Assembly (NCBI RefSeq): GCF_009914755.1
Contig: NC_060941.1
Origin: the human T2T-CHM13v2.0 reference genome, Homo sapiens
Reading direction: 5' to 3' (one strand)
Length of the DNA stretch: 64,000 nt
This document shows positions 1-15,914 of the stretch, piece by piece (position 1 is the stretch's first letter; each line of letters starts with the position of its first letter). The notes beneath the pieces are model-generated. The model searched no databases. It was given only the letters and a program-made list of their open reading frames with translations, and had not been told where the DNA came from. Made by a program: the position numbers and the translations under genes.

Positions 1-1150
1 TTTCAGACTTGACACTGAAAGTGTGGTCCGTAAAGAAAAAATTGATAAATTGAATTTCATCAAAATTAAAAACTTTTGCTATTTGAAAGACTCTCTTAAG
101 AGGGTAAAAAGACAAGCTACAAAATGAGAGGAAATACTTTCAAATTACATATTGGACAAAGTATTAGTATTTGGAATATATAAAGAACTCTCAAAACTCC
201 ATAGTGAAAAACAATATAATTAGAAAATGAACAAAAGTTATAAAGAGACATTTCACTGAAGAGAATATACAGATGGCAAATAAGCACATGAAAAATGCTC
301 GACATCATTAGCTATTAGGAAAATGCAAATTAAAACCACAATGAGTGATCACTATCCCTCTATCAGAATGAATAAAATAAAAAAGAGTGAGAACTCCAAA
401 TGCTGACGAGGATGGGAGAAACTGGATCACTCAGACATTACTGGCGAGCATGTAAAATGACACAGCTACCCTGGAAAGTTGCAATTTCTTAAAAAACTAA
501 ACACACGACTACCATATGACCCAGCAATTGCACCTCTGGGCATTTATCCCAGAGAAATGAAGACTTATGTTCACACAAAAATCAGTATGCAAATGTTGAT
601 AGCAGCTTTATTCGTAATAGCGAAAACCTGAAACAACTCAGATGTCCTAGAATGGATGGTTAAACAAATTGTGGTATCTCCATATTATAAAATACTTCCT
701 GGCAATAAGAAAGAACAAACTATTGATGTACAAACAACCTGGATGAATTGCCTGAGATTTATGCTGAGTGGAAAAAAAAAGAAACAGTCTCAAAAGGTTA
801 CATGCTGTATGATTCCATTCATATAACATTCTTGAAATGATAGTTACAAAAAAGCAGAACAGATTAGTGGCTCCCAAGAGTTTAGCAGGGACTGAGGAGT
901 GGAAGGGAAGGGGCTGTGGCTATAAAAGGGTAACATGAAGGATCCTTGTGGTGATAGAGGTATTCTACCTTTTGACTGTGTCAATGCCAATGTCCAGGAT
1001 GTGATATTGTACTATAGTTTTGCAAGATGTTACCATTAGGGTGAACTAGGTAAAAGGCATACAGGATCTCTCTGCATTATCTCTTATTATTTCTTATAGC
1101 TGCATGTAAATCTAAAAGTATTTTAAGATAGAAAGTTTAATTTTAAAATT
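1..1150 (+). mobile_element. LINE-1 3' end (ORF2 tail + 3'UTR), L1MC-like
   Basis: Typical old-L1 motifs: AAATTGATAAATTGAATTTCATCAAAATTAAAAACTTTTGC, CCATATGACCCAGCAATTGCAC, AGCAGCTTTATTCGTAATAGC; L1MC1-type 3'UTR (GGATCCTTGTGGTGAT...GATATTGTACTATAGTTTTGCAAGATGTTACC). Confidence 0.85.
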
Positions 1151-1159
1151 AAAGAAGAA

Positions 1160-1440
1160 CAAAAACTACACATGTGACAAAATTTTGTAGAAACACACAC
1201 ACACACACACACGAGTGCCTGCTAAACCGGTGAGATCTGAGTAAAGTCTATAATCTAGCTAATTGTATTGGTCTGGTTAAGTGTATTGTGCCACTGTCGA
1301 TTTCCTGGTTTTGATCATTTGTTATGTTATGAAAAGTGTTGAGAGAAGCTGGGTGAGTGATAAGTACGTAGAACTTTTCGTATTAATTCTGCAACGTCTT
1401 GTGAGTCTATAATTATTTCAAAATAAAAAAAGTCTTTAAA
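1160..1440 (+). mobile_element. Second L1 3'UTR end, L1MD-like, with (CA)n
   Basis: ACACACACGAGTG...GGTGAGATCTGAGTAA...GATTTCCTGGTTTTGAT...GTGAGTCTATAATTATTTCAAAATAAAAAA, a separate L1 terminus. Confidence 0.65.
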
Positions 1441-2431
1441 AAGAACCGAGAACAAAAAAGAAACCATTTATTATGGAGCCAAATGTAAAATTCCAACACT
1501 GACAGTTCTGTTAGAACTGTCGCCACTCGTCTGGATGTGCATTCGCAAGCTGCCCTGCGAGTGCTGTCAATTGCAAATTCAGTCAATTAGGACTCAGCAT
1601 CAGGCAGCTGGAATGACACTTCCTCTAGTGAAGCCTCAGAGAGCTTACTTATGCCACTCATTTCAGATGGAGAGCAAGGGTTTGAATTTGCCCCCTCTAG
1701 AGCCCATGCTCGCACTTCTGCACCGTATGGCAAGGTTGAGTCAGGCAGAGCTTGTCCTCAAGAAGCCCGCAGTCTGCTGTGGAGAGAGGTGGGCAGTAAA
1801 ACACATGCTCCAGCTGTAGCCATGTCCCTGTCTGGACCAGTTAACTCAATTCAGTTTCAACTTGCAGACAGCTCCTTCAAGCCAATCAGACATCAGAGAA
1901 ATAAAAAGGATGTGACAAAAGAGAGTGAGGTGTAGAACACAGTCTCCCTCTCCTGGACAAACTGCTCTGGGAAAGTTTGCACTTGGAGGTAGATGGGGAT
2001 GAAGCCAACACATCATCCCGCTGTGGTGTGGCAGGAATCCCAGAAAGGAGTGTGTGCATGTGCATGCGTGTGTGTGTGAGTGCTGCTGTAACAGAAGGGC
2101 CTCATCTGTCTGCCCATCTGTGAAATGGGGAGGCTGCCAAAATTCCTCTTCCCTTGGGTTCTAACAGACTCCCAGCAAGAATGGAAAATAAGATATTGGG
2201 GCTGATATTTAGGTCCTTGGACAATAGGATCAGGACCTAGGGATGTGAAGAGCAACAGAGGCTGCTCTCAGCCTTTCTGTAAGTGCCCCAGGTGGGCAGG
2301 AGACTAATCCAAAACAGGAGAGACAGGAGGTCTAATTGCTTTTTGCTGGACTCTGCCTGGAGACTCTGATTGAATAGGCCTAGGACACTGGAATGTCCTC
2401 AGACCCATCTCAAGCTCTTGTGCAAGAGGCA

Positions 2432-2675
2432 TTAATAGTAGCCAACATGCATTGAGTAGCAGTTATGTGCCAGGTATGTTTTTAAGCACTTTATATACAT
2501 GATCTTATTCAATCCTCGCAATAACTCTGTGGGCAGGTTCCAGTATTACCTCTGATTTATAGTTGAGGAAGTTGAGGTGCAGACTGTCCAATTTTCCTGC
2601 ATAAAGTCACACGTTAGTGGCAGAGCTGAGATTGTAATTTCCAGCTCCAGAACTCATGCTTTTAATCACAACTGT
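2432..2675 (-). mobile_element. MIR SINE
   Basis: Reverse MIR: TATGTGCCAGG...AAGCACTTTATATACATG...GAGGAAGTTGAGG...AAGTCACAC...GTGGCAGAGCTG. Confidence 0.8.
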
Positions 2676-3819
2676 AGAATCCCTCCTTCTGCTATTTGCT
2701 TTCCTGCTGGGCTAGCCTGAGAAAGCCGGGGCCAGTCACCCCTCAACTCCGTTGCTGATCCAAGTTGCAATACAGATGGGAGGAGACCGTTCTTCCTGTC
2801 TCAGGGAAGCTGCCGCCTTGGCAGTGAGAGGAATGCAGCATTTATGCAGTTTGCATGTGTGCCTCTGTTTCACAAATTCTCCAGTGCACACCAACAGCAC
2901 TGCCAGTGACTGATGAAGAAATATGGTTTAGACCACCAGAAACCTAAAGGACCAAATTCCAGGGGATGAGAAACACACTTGGCCTGGTAAAGCTGAAAGG
3001 CATAGGGGTTGGTATCAAGAGATTTGGAATCCAATTCCAATTCTGCCATTTCCTGGCAAATGATCTTGGCATGCTTTTACTCTCTTTATGCCTTAGCTAC
3101 ATGTTCTAAAAAAGATAATAATATATTTGACCCTCAAGGGTGTTATAAAGATAAAGTGCTGGACTACAAAAGGCTTTACACGCTAAGCTTTATTCGAATG
3201 GCTGGAACCATTGTCGTGATTTCCAGGGTAAAGGAAACTGGAGATCCAGATAGCGGAGAAGAGCTTGCTGGCCTTCTTCCCTGTTCTCTATTGGCAAAGG
3301 GGCTGCCTTTAGATTTCTGCTCTGACACCACGTAATCAGTGAGGCCTCCCTAACTATGGCATTTACAATAGCATCATCCCACCCTGGCACCTCTCCTATC
3401 TCCTTTCTGTCCTTCAGTATTTATCATCATTTGACCACACTGTTTTTTGGGGATGATTACATAAAACAATGTATAACACATCTAAAAATTTTAGGAGCTC
3501 AGCACATATTATTTACTGGGGTAGAGGGAACTCTTTCTCCATGCAATTTAAAAATGCTCAACTGGTGTAGTCTCCTGGAATGAGTATTTTGCCCTCAGCC
3601 TCACAGAACAGAAGCTAGGTCAATTACACCTTCTTGTCTGCCTGGCTCCAGGCCAGTCAATGATCTCCCATCTCAGGCATTTGGTATTGTTCTTTTGTTA
3701 GTTTCTAAAGTTCCAGTTTCCCAGAAGCTTAAGGAAGCAATGGATTGCTTTGGCCACCTTCCTGGTCTTTTAATTAGGAAGTATTTGCTTCATTTCAGAA
3801 CTTGTGATATAGAAGAAGA

Positions 3820-4240
3820 AACATGGAATCTGGAACCCCCCAGAGCTGAGATCAGGACTTAGTTCTACCACTTATGATCTGTAAATATTGTTATTATTAC
3901 TTAAAAATGTGATAACTAAGGGATATATATTTCCTGATATATGCAGGCATTGTACAGGACAATCTGTGTACATAATCTCATTTGTTCCTTTAAACAACCC
4001 AGAAAGGCAAACATTATATTCTTTTTGCAGATGAGGAGACTGAAGTTTAGAAAGTGAAAAAGTTGGAGCTGATCTCAGGTCCATCAAAATCCATGGATGC
4101 AGTTCTTTCTACTATATTTAACATACTCAGTGAACCTCATTTTTCTCATCTACAAAATGGATCTATCAATATTTGTCTCATAGAGGTACTGTAATGATAA
4201 AGTAAGGTGCTGTCTGGCTAGAACAAGGTACTTAGTAGGA
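3820..4240. mobile_element. MIR(+) interrupted by MIR(-) at about 3890-4120
   Basis: Minus core TTGCAGATGAGGAGACTGAAG near 4026 lies between plus-strand MIR pieces; plus core CCTCATTTTTCTCATCTACAAAATGG near 4135. Confidence 0.6.
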
Positions 4241-4911
4241 GCTGGAGCTGTGCAGAATCTCTCTTCCTTCCCCCAATCCCTGAAGGAAAGTGAGCATATC
4301 AAAAGAGCTCACTAGAGCTTTTAGTTGAGAGCACAGAGGTCAAGAGGAGACCAATAATTTGCAGAAGCAGAAGTGAAGATCAACATTTTTCCTCTTTAAC
4401 AGAAACTCTGAGCAGCTGTTTCTCCCCTAAGCACATCTGAACTGGATAAGGATTGACCAGGAGGCCTTTGTAGCTCTGTGCTTGGCTTCTTGGCTCTGAG
4501 CCTTAATCAATAACCTACTCCTGATCTGTAAGACATAAAATCTCAAGGAGTGACACACTTTCCTTCTTCAAAATAGTTCTTGGAATTCCCATGGTCTAGC
4601 AATGTGATGTCAGATGATGAGATAGGCCTGGGAGGCAAAGGCAACATTATTTATAGACACCATTGTGTATAACATCTTTGTATCTCTTAGAGTCTTGAAG
4701 CCAATGTGCTTGGCACAATTAGCTGGCTTTGATTTGGGACCCAGAGCTCTCAGACTAAAACTACTCCCAAGTTTACTAGAAATAAGTCCACACTAAATGA
4801 AGTACAATTCAGAAGAAGTAGGGAATGTGGTAAAACAGGCCACTAAGAAGCTCTACAGGATGCTAAGCCAGCCATAGAATGAGTTTTTCTTGGTCAAAAA
4901 GAAGATGGCTT

Positions 4912-5052
4912 GGCTGGCACCATGGCTCATGCCTATAAATCCTGGCACTTTGGAAGGCTGAGGTGGGAGGTTCGCTTGAGACCAGGAGTTTGAGATCAGC
5001 CTGGGCAACAGAATGAGACCCATCTCTATAACAAATAAAACAACAAAAAAAG
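4912..5052 (+). mobile_element. Free left Alu monomer (FLAM_C-like)
   Basis: Single Alu left arm ending in an A-rich tail; AAAAAGAAGA on both flanks (TSD). Confidence 0.85.
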
Positions 5053-6629
5053 AAGACCTCCTAAGTCTTGAAAAAGCAGTCTTGGACAGTGTCTTGACTG
5101 GCTCTTCTCTCAATCCCCCACTAGATCCACCACACCCCATACACTGGGACAAGTGGTAGCCCTTTTAGAATAGTTTTCTGGCTCCATACTGATTCCACCT
5201 TCATCACAGTGTTGTCAAAGAACCAGACAGACCTGGTGCCTCGGGAAAGCCCTTCTGCTCTACAGACCTCAATTAAGCCTACCTGTAAAACTGGAATAAT
5301 TTCGTTGCCTTGGAGATTACTGTGAGAGTTAGGTCTCTAAAGCACCTGGCACAATGCCTTGCACATGGTCATTGCTTCCTGTTTCTCCTCCAGTTTTCCC
5401 CACCAGTTTCTCAATTCCTAATGCCAGAAATCCCAGAAGTCTGTCTGGGCTATTGCTCTGATTCAGATTCATCCACCTTCCTAGATGTTGAAGAATGGTC
5501 TGCCCACTGCATTCCTTCTAGCTGCCATTGCAATTAATCTGTGCCAATTTCCTACCCACCCCTGCTCCAAACACTGACACTGCAATCTCTGATTTGCTCT
5601 TGGGCTTCACAGTCTTGCTTGTCTATCTTGGGCTAACAACTCCATCTGAACATTCTTGAATTGCTTGACTGTTCCAGGAGGCCCTGTCCCTTAATTACCC
5701 TGTCTAATCCATCCTGTTCAGATCTGAGTTTGACTCTGCAAGGCTGCACCTCTATTTTGGGAATGATTACTGCTATGATGGTTGATTCTATTTTTCTATT
5801 TTTCATGTCCAATAAATAGAGTAATGATGAACCATGATGCAATAAATTGAATATTGAGTGTTCTTTCTATTCAGTCCCCATGTAGAAAAAAATCTTAATG
5901 AGTTCTCTATATCTATCATGAAGAGAGAGAAGTTTTCTTCCTTTTAAGCTTCTCAAGTTGGGTTGGAGATTTAACTCAGTGATCTGATTCCTGTTTCAGA
6001 AGTGTTAACACTTCTGAGTTTTGGGGGGATAGTATTATTATATATGTTTTCTCTTGTTTGCTTTTAGAGGCAGCATGGCATAGTGGAAGTAGAAAGGGCC
6101 CTTAGGATATCTGTAACATTTACCCCAGAAGAGCCAGTCATGAGAGTCTTCCCTAGAAACTAAACCTGAGAGGGAAGGAGAAAGAAGAAAAAAGGCTTTA
6201 TGCTCAGAGAAGCTCATAATCATATTATGGGATTATAGCAAAAAAACAAACAAACCAGAAATGACTTAAATCTTCAACAATAAGATAAAGGTTAAGTAAA
6301 GAACATATAATCTCCAAAAAGAGAGAGAGAGAGGAAGGAGGGAGAGAGAAAGAGAATCAGATTGACACCAGACTTTTTATAAATGACATGAAGACCATGT
6401 TAATGGAAATAAGGTAATAGGCTCAATTCTTACATTAAAGCATCAGCTTCTTGGCTTGCTTGTATCTCTAAGTATGTCCTTGTCCCCCAACATTGCGAAT
6501 GGCCTAAGACCAACACGTTCCTATTTCTGGAACAGAACTCAAAGCATGTCTGCCAGGGTCCCCCTCAGCAAGTCTGAAGTATGCCCACTGCACTTAGTGG
6601 GTATCTCCAAACCTGCCTGAAAACCTCTG

Positions 6630-6920
6630 CTCTGAGGCTTTCCATATGCTGCTCTCTCCATCAGGAATATGCTCTCTATTCCTTCTTCAAGTCTCATTTT
6701 AGAGGTCTTTTCCTCCAGGAAGGCCTCCTGGAACCTCCAAGCCTGTGTCTTGTGTTCCCCCTCTGTGTTTTCATAACACCCCATGTTCCCCTATGGTGGG
6801 TCTTTATCCCCTCCTGAGTTATAATCATCTGTTTACTTACTTGTTTCTCTAACAAGCTTATTTTCCATGGGGCCAAAACCCTAGACAAATTCTCTTTTCA
6901 ATAACCCCGAGTGTTGCTGA
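6630..6920 (+). mobile_element. L2 3' fragment
   Basis: TCCTTCTTCAAGTCTCATTTTAGAGGTC..TCCTCCAGGAAGGCCTCC..TGTTTACTTACTTGTTTCTC. Confidence 0.6.
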
Positions 6921-7821
6921 AATCAAAAGGCTATGAAGAGGCAGAAGTCTTGTGAAGGTGTTGTTGGGAAAGAGAATTGTTCAGATATGGGTAAGCCACT
7001 GAAAGGTGTCTTGATGGTTCATCTGAACATGGGCTGAGAACCTGAAGCAGATACAGAAAGCAAGATGACCATGCTGGAACAATGAGGACAGGGAGGATGG
7101 GCAGAGTGGCTAGGGAGAAGGAGGTCTTGGATGAACATCTGAGATAGAAAATGCCCCTCTGGCGGCTCATGTGTGCTCTCCTGATCACATGCTCTGACAT
7201 GGCAGGCCCCAGCCCATTCTCCTTACGAACGACACTTGCTGGGAATCCCTACTGGGCACACACAACCCAGTCTACAAGATAGAGTGGTCCAAACCCCCCA
7301 TCCTGGGCTGTGGTGCTTGGAAGATGCAACACACCGACTGGCTACGCTGCAGTTACTGCATCTTTCTGGCTGGCTGGCAAGCAAACTTCCCACTGCCTTT
7401 CTCCCCAGGCCTGACCCCATTATGACAATGGAGCCATTGTTCTGAACAGGGGCCATGAGGCAGCTGGGACTGGCCGACCCTATGCTGGCTCCTCACATCT
7501 CAGAAGTCAAGCCCTCAGACAGATCAAGGAAAGTGATAAAATTCAGCGGGAAGCAGGACAGAGTATTGGGGGTCCTGAGCCAGCTTCTTCCTCTCAGTTC
7601 TGTATCGTGATGGGAATGAATAATCACCCCAATTACAGAGCAACCTGAAGGAGACAAAATCACTTAACTAAATGAGGTGCTTGGGGAATGGAAGGTGGGA
7701 GCAGTCTGCAACGATTTTGGCAGAAACTTCTGGGCCAGCTCCCCCGAAAGCTTATACGAAAACAAGCAATATGATTATCAGAGCTCCAAGTCAGCTGCCT
7801 CAGACACCTTTGGCAGTTTCT

Positions 7822-7844
7822 AAAAAAAAAAAAAAAAAAAAAAA
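7822..7844 (+). repeat. Poly(A)23 mononucleotide run
   Basis: Uninterrupted A run with no adjacent SINE body. Confidence 0.9.
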
Positions 7845-8524
7845 GTCTGCTGCATAATTGTCATCTCCAGGATGTTTAGAAAAGGGAACACTGGATTAAA
7901 CTTAGTTGGAATCCAACAGCGATCTAATAAAGGCATGATCAGAATATAGGGAGGTGTGCTCAAGTTAATTAGAGCCTGGGGGAAGTGTGGGCTTGGCTGT
8001 CTTCTTCCAACAACTCCTCAGGGATATAATTAGCTCCTACTACTTGGGACACATGCCCTCTGCCTACTACAATAAGCCAGTCCAGAGAAGCAAACCATGA
8101 CAAAGACTTTGGGCTGAAGGCTTGCCTAGCCCTCACCTGAGGCCTCACCTGAGCCTGCTATTCCATCTCATACATGCTGCTCAGAGCCTGGGCTTCCATC
8201 TGGGCTCAGTCCAATTTGCTACTCCTTAGAAGTGGCCTGAGCCCAGAGCACAGTGAAAAGCAAGACAAGACAACTAAATCTGATACTAAACCAGAGAGGG
8301 ACAGAGGCCCCTGCACTCATCAGAAGGCCGGATGATCTTGAGTGAGCCAGGAAGCGAAGCATAGGAATCCAAATTCCTTTTGGCCAATGGGGAAAGTTTG
8401 TGCAGTCCTCCTTCAGGAGGTGTTAGTGTGTGGTTTAAAAAAAGCCTTTCAGACATTGATTCTGTCCATTTTCTGTTACTGCACCTAAGGCAGCAGTTTG
8501 CTCTGGAATGGGAGAGCAGGCATG

Positions 8525-9180
<656 letters not shown>

Positions 9181-9363
9181 GCACGCAGGGCGGAGGGTCC
9201 TAGTGTGGACACCAGGAAGACTGTGGCTGGCCACTCAGCCGGGGAATATTCCTGTCTTGTCTCTCACCTCTGCAGTTCCTTGAAGCATATCATTACATTA
9301 CGGTTGCTTTGCCTGACTCGAGGTCCTCAAACCCAACCCCTCCACTCCAGTTCCTTCTTAGTA

Positions 9364-10889
<1,526 letters not shown>

Positions 10890-12089
10890 TATTCCTGAAC
10901 TTTGCCCTCCCACTGCACCCACACGTTGAGAGCTGCACGGCACTTCTCAGCCCACAAGCCCACTTTCCATGCACCAAGCCCACCCCACCTTACACTTGGC
11001 CCCTGGCTCCTTAACCTTGAGCTCAGCCTCCATCTTAAGGTTTCACCAAGCTGCCCTTCACTATCCGGTCTGTTGGAGATTTTCCAGCTAGACTCTGCTA
11101 GCCACGCTCTGACTCTGTTTGACCCAGCTCCCGGGGAGAAGCCAAGCCGACTCCCTTCCACTCCCTCTGCCCCCGCTGCTGTCTTACACAGCCGTACCTT
11201 CCTTTCCTTTGCCCCCTCTCTTGGCTGGTGCTGAGCCACATTTAGCACCAGCCTCCAAGAGCAAGCACCCTGTGCTAACTTGGGCTCGTGTCTCGCAAGC
11301 TACCACCCTGATCTTAGAAACCCGAAGCTCAGAAAATAGTTCCTATCTTATGTGCGTTATACTCTTCAAGAAGGTAGTTCGTTTTGCATCGTGGAAGGAG
11401 CACTAAACTAGGAGTTTAAAGACTTGGATCCACCCTTGATTGCCTCGCTTGGGGCTGCCCCATTGCACAATAACGAGGGCCATCATCTTTGTAGAATAAA
11501 TAGAAACAGAGCACCCTGAAGTTGTGTAACCAACTGGGTTCCCCTGGCCAAGTCTAGTGGCATGGCCTTGGGCAAGACATTGAATGATTCTGGACCTCGG
11601 TTTCCCTATCTTATTCCTAGCCAAGTGTCCTTCCTTCAGAACCTCAAGTTTAGGCAGGGGAGAGTAGTTGGGAAATGATACCTGAGCTTTGCCTTATGCT
11701 CTGCTAGCATGGAGAAGTGGAAACTGATTTGGAGAAATAGTTTGAAGGCTGGGAATGAAAACTTGTTTGCAACCTAGTCATGCTGTTTGATTGATTTTCC
11801 ATGTGGCATAAAGTCCTGGAGATATTCTGAATGAAAGTCAGGCCTTTCTTGACTGTCCCAGTACACTTGTGGGAACTGAGGAGAGGGCTCTGGCAGAAAA
11901 CTGACTGGCGGCAGAAATAAAACCACCATAGAAATTACCTTGGTATCTATTCATCCGCTGTAACCCACAGGTCCCTGCCTGGTTAGACTTTACTTCGCTC
12001 TGTCCCCCTCTACTCATCCCTACTTTCCTTCTCCCAGCAACACCCTTGGGAGGGAAGAATGAGACCATTCTTGCTCACTTCTTCCTTAA

Positions 12090-12390
12090 GAAATAATACT
12101 TCCTACTATGCATTATGTCAGAGCAAGGATCTTCTATGTATATCGTTTAATCCTCACCAGAAAATTTGGCAAGGTGAAAATCATTATTACTCTCATCTTA
12201 AAAGTGAGAAAATTGAGGCTCAGAGAAGCTAAGCCACTTGCCTCAAGCCACACAGCAGTTAGGTAGCTGAAGCTCAGTTTTCTTATCTGTAAAGTAGAGA
12301 TGAAGTGCTTCCTACCTCATAGGATTGTTGTGATAATTAAATGAAGGGTGTGTTATGAATTTAGAGCAGGGTCTGATAAAAGTAACCTCT
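12090..12390. mobile_element. Adjacent MIR fragments, (-) then (+)
   Basis: GAGAAAATTGAGGCTCAGAGAAG (minus core) followed by CTCAGTTTTCTTATCTGTAAAGT..CCTACCTCATAGGATTGTTGTGA (plus). Confidence 0.75.
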
Positions 12391-12391
12391 A

Positions 12392-12763
<372 letters not shown>

Positions 12764-12780
12764 TCACTTTTAGTACTGTT

Positions 12781-12858
12781 TCCTCCCTCCCTCCCTCCCT
12801 CCTTCCCTCCCTTCCTTCCTTCCTTCTTTCTTCCTACTTGTCTTTTTCTTTTCTTCCC
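12781..12858 (+). repeat. (TCCC)n/(TTCC)n polypyrimidine tract
   Basis: Direct reading. Confidence 0.9.
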
Positions 12859-13129
12859 AGAATTTAAGGGTAATTACAAGAATATGTAAGATAAAATGAG
12901 AAACATTTAAGTAACTTTCTTAAGGTCACGTACCAGCAAGCAGGTCACAAATATAAGAGTTATAAAGTTAAAGAAATCCAATATTTTTCAAAAGGGTTCG
13001 TATTCAACCCGGGTAGTAGTGAAATGTAAAGGGGAAGACCTGCCAATTGTGGCCTTTTTGCTGACTCTTGTTAGGTGACACCAGGCAACAGGTCTCCACA
13101 CGCACTCGCATGCGCCTGCACGCACACAC

Positions 13130-13370
13130 ACTGACGGAGAACTCAATGCACGAGAGACATCAGTCACTCAGGTTCACGATCTCATTTCATCTTCAAAATA
13201 ACTCAGCAAGGTAAGTATATTTCCCCCATTTGGCAAATGAGAAAATTGAGGCTTTGTGAGCTTACCCAAGCTTTCCAGGTTCACGCAGCAGGTAATGGGG
13301 GAATGTGAGTCAAATCCGGGTTTGTCTGATTCCAAAATCCTTGCCCTTTTGCCTACACAATGTTGCCTCC
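13130..13370 (-). mobile_element. MIR
   Basis: CCCCATTTGGCAAATGAGAAAATTGAGGCT..GGTTCACGCAGC..GTCTGATTCCAAAATCC. Confidence 0.75.
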
Positions 13371-13547
13371 CTCTAAGATCATAAATATTTCTCAGTGTAA
13401 ATAGTAGTTTCTCAGTATGAGCTTTGTAAATGGCTCTCAGTGGATCCTAAAATGTTTACCTAGAGTGAAGAAGTGTGTTTTGCTCATTGAATGTAACTGA
13501 GGCTAATGCCGTCGTTTTTTTTTTTTCTTCTTCTCCAATCTTCACAG

Positions 13548-13704
13548 AAGTATATGCGTGCTAAAGTGTGCTTATAGAGTCTTCCTTTTAGACCTTACGT
13601 GTAAGGTGGCAGTAATTAAATGCAGGTTAAAAGACAATTTGTATTTCATTTTGAAAGTCTTCCCTGTGCCTCGAGGTTCGTGGCAGGGCTGAGTTGAACT
13701 GTAT
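13548..13704 (+). ncRNA. Candidate non-coding exon
   Basis: CTAAT branch-like motif at 13503, long pyrimidine tract, CACAG acceptor ending 13547; donor GTAAGT at 13705; upstream donor AAG|GTAAGT at 13211. No ORF. Prediction only. Confidence 0.35.
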
Positions 13705-14179
13705 GTAAGTACCATGTGGTAGGGGAACTAATTTATAATTTAATGCAGCAGTGGGGGTATGGGGACACAGACTGTAATTTTAAAACAAGGGAAAGACTTG
13801 CCAACGGATAGCAGGTTTGAGTTTTTATCAGCAACTGTGATTGCTGTCAATGGATCTGTGCCCTTCCCTGCACACTCCACTGCCTGCTCTCATTATTAAT
13901 CTCTCATGTCTTCCAAATGTTCTCAGCTGAATCCCAGTGTGCTCAGGGCAGCCCTCCTCAGAGTCCCTCAGGCCCTACCTACCGCCAGCTGCCCCAAACC
14001 TGTCCTCACCCAGGGCTGTGTGAATTCTTTGCTTTTACTGTTGCTTTTCCCTGACCTTTCAGCCTGTCTTCATCCTGGGGTATTTTCCAAGCACCTCCTT
14101 TGAAATGCGTCCTATAAAATTCTCCATGTCTAAGAGGGGTCAAGGTTTATCTGATGCTATCATCTACCTCACTTTCTGC

Positions 14180-14530
14180 ACACTTACGACGTCAGCCTTG
14201 GTGCAGTTGCCCTGATAGACTCCGCCTCCTCTGACCTTAGGGCCCTTACACATGTTGCTTGCTTCCTGTATCTAGACATCTCTTCCCTGACTTTTCACCT
14301 GGGAAAGTATGTTTTGTCTTTGGATCTCAGCTCAATTGGCCTTCTCAAGGAAGTGGTCTCTGGCCAGCCAGTCAAAGTGAAAGCCTTCTAGTCTGTGCTT
14401 TCCTCTCAGCAGCCTGGGTTTTTCTTCATTGCATGCCTCACAACTGATACTGAAACATTCATTCGTGTGATTCCTTGGCTTATATCAATATGCCCCACTC
14501 TGCAGTTTGGTAGTTTCCAAAGTGGAGTAT
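14180..14530 (+). mobile_element. L2 fragment
   Basis: AGGGCCCTTACACATGTTGCTT..GGATCTCAGCTCAA..CCTTCTCAAGGAAG. Confidence 0.6.
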
Positions 14531-15914
14531 ACAAGATGATCCAATGAGAGCTGAGAAGATAAAATGAGAATTCCCATTGACATTACTCTGATCTAAAAAT
14601 GTAAAATTAAGCCTCACATATTTCATATACACATTGACACTAGTGCCTCCACTTGGCCCACTGTCAGGCAGCCAAGTGTCACATATGGTCCCCGAGCATC
14701 CAGAGAAGAGTGGGAAAAAGTCCAAGAAATGGACAGTTGATAGAGCAGAGCTCCCCCCTCTTCTTTAACTTGCAGATACATTGTGATGGACTCAGTTCAC
14801 GTGTTCCCAGCAAAGAGGATTTTTACAATATATTGTTGAGTTTTAGTTAAATCAACCCTTACAAAATAGACAAGTGGCTTCAAAAGATTCCCGCAAGAAA
14901 CCGTGAGCTGAAAATGATGTGAGCAATGCAAGCACAACAGTCTTCCTGGTGCTATCTCACCATCAGCCAGATTTCTAGGCTAAAAACCACCCTCATCTAA
15001 TCAGGTCCAAAAAGAAAAAGCCCAAAAAGCTGCAATTGTTAAAGTGACTCTTTGAAATATCCAAGCATATAATATCATTCATGATGTTTTGTCAATAAAA
15101 ATTTTATTTTTTTTTTTAAGACAAAGAAACAAGAGGCTCAGAAAGGTGAAATGAGTTACCCAAGGTCACACGATTCCTCAATTTCTGGGCTCAGACCGTG
15201 AAGGCAGGGCTTAAGCATTTTAAGGAGATACTGTTTATTTCCTCTCTTCCTCATTGTTTGAAAGTTTCCATTTTGTGCATTTTTTATTATTTTCACAAAC
15301 TATTGGAAATGTGGTCCATATATACAATTTATGCATAAATGCATATACATATTTCGAGGTGTACTCAAAAGTATGTACTGATGGGGGTGTCGAATTCCAA
15401 TTCTGTAGACAATGGCACCGTGATGTAAAGCCACAGAGACCAAAGACCATAACATTTTACTTATCATTGGCACAGAGGGTAGGGTAGGAATGGCGTACCC
15501 ATGTCGAGGGTTGGCATTTAGGTTCTTCAGGGCAGTTGTTTCTACTTGAAACTATAGGACATATTGAGGCCAGATCTTGAACAAATTAACAATCTTTTAA
15601 GAAAAGACAAGGTTTCAATGCAAAGCAAATGTGGCTGCCAACGCTCTTGATTCAGACATTGCAGTTAGAAAATCATCTTTTGTTGCTTAAGTGTGCTCTC
15701 AGAATCTCTCTTCCCAATCCACATTGGAACAGATAATCCAAGTATATTTTCCAAGCAAGTTCAGTGGTCTTTCCACAGAAGAATTCTGGTGAATAAGATT
15801 TTCTCCATCTAATTGCTCAATGAAGGGAGGAGGCAGAATTAAATATTCAGAGGTCTCGAGGGGAGGTTGGGAGAGGGAGTATCTCCCTGTGGCTGCATTC
15901 TCCAAATTGACTTT

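Noticed and set aside
7822-7844. Orphan poly(A) as a retrocopy tail
   Set aside because: No TSD or recognisable upstream mRNA/SINE body; treated as a simple repeat.
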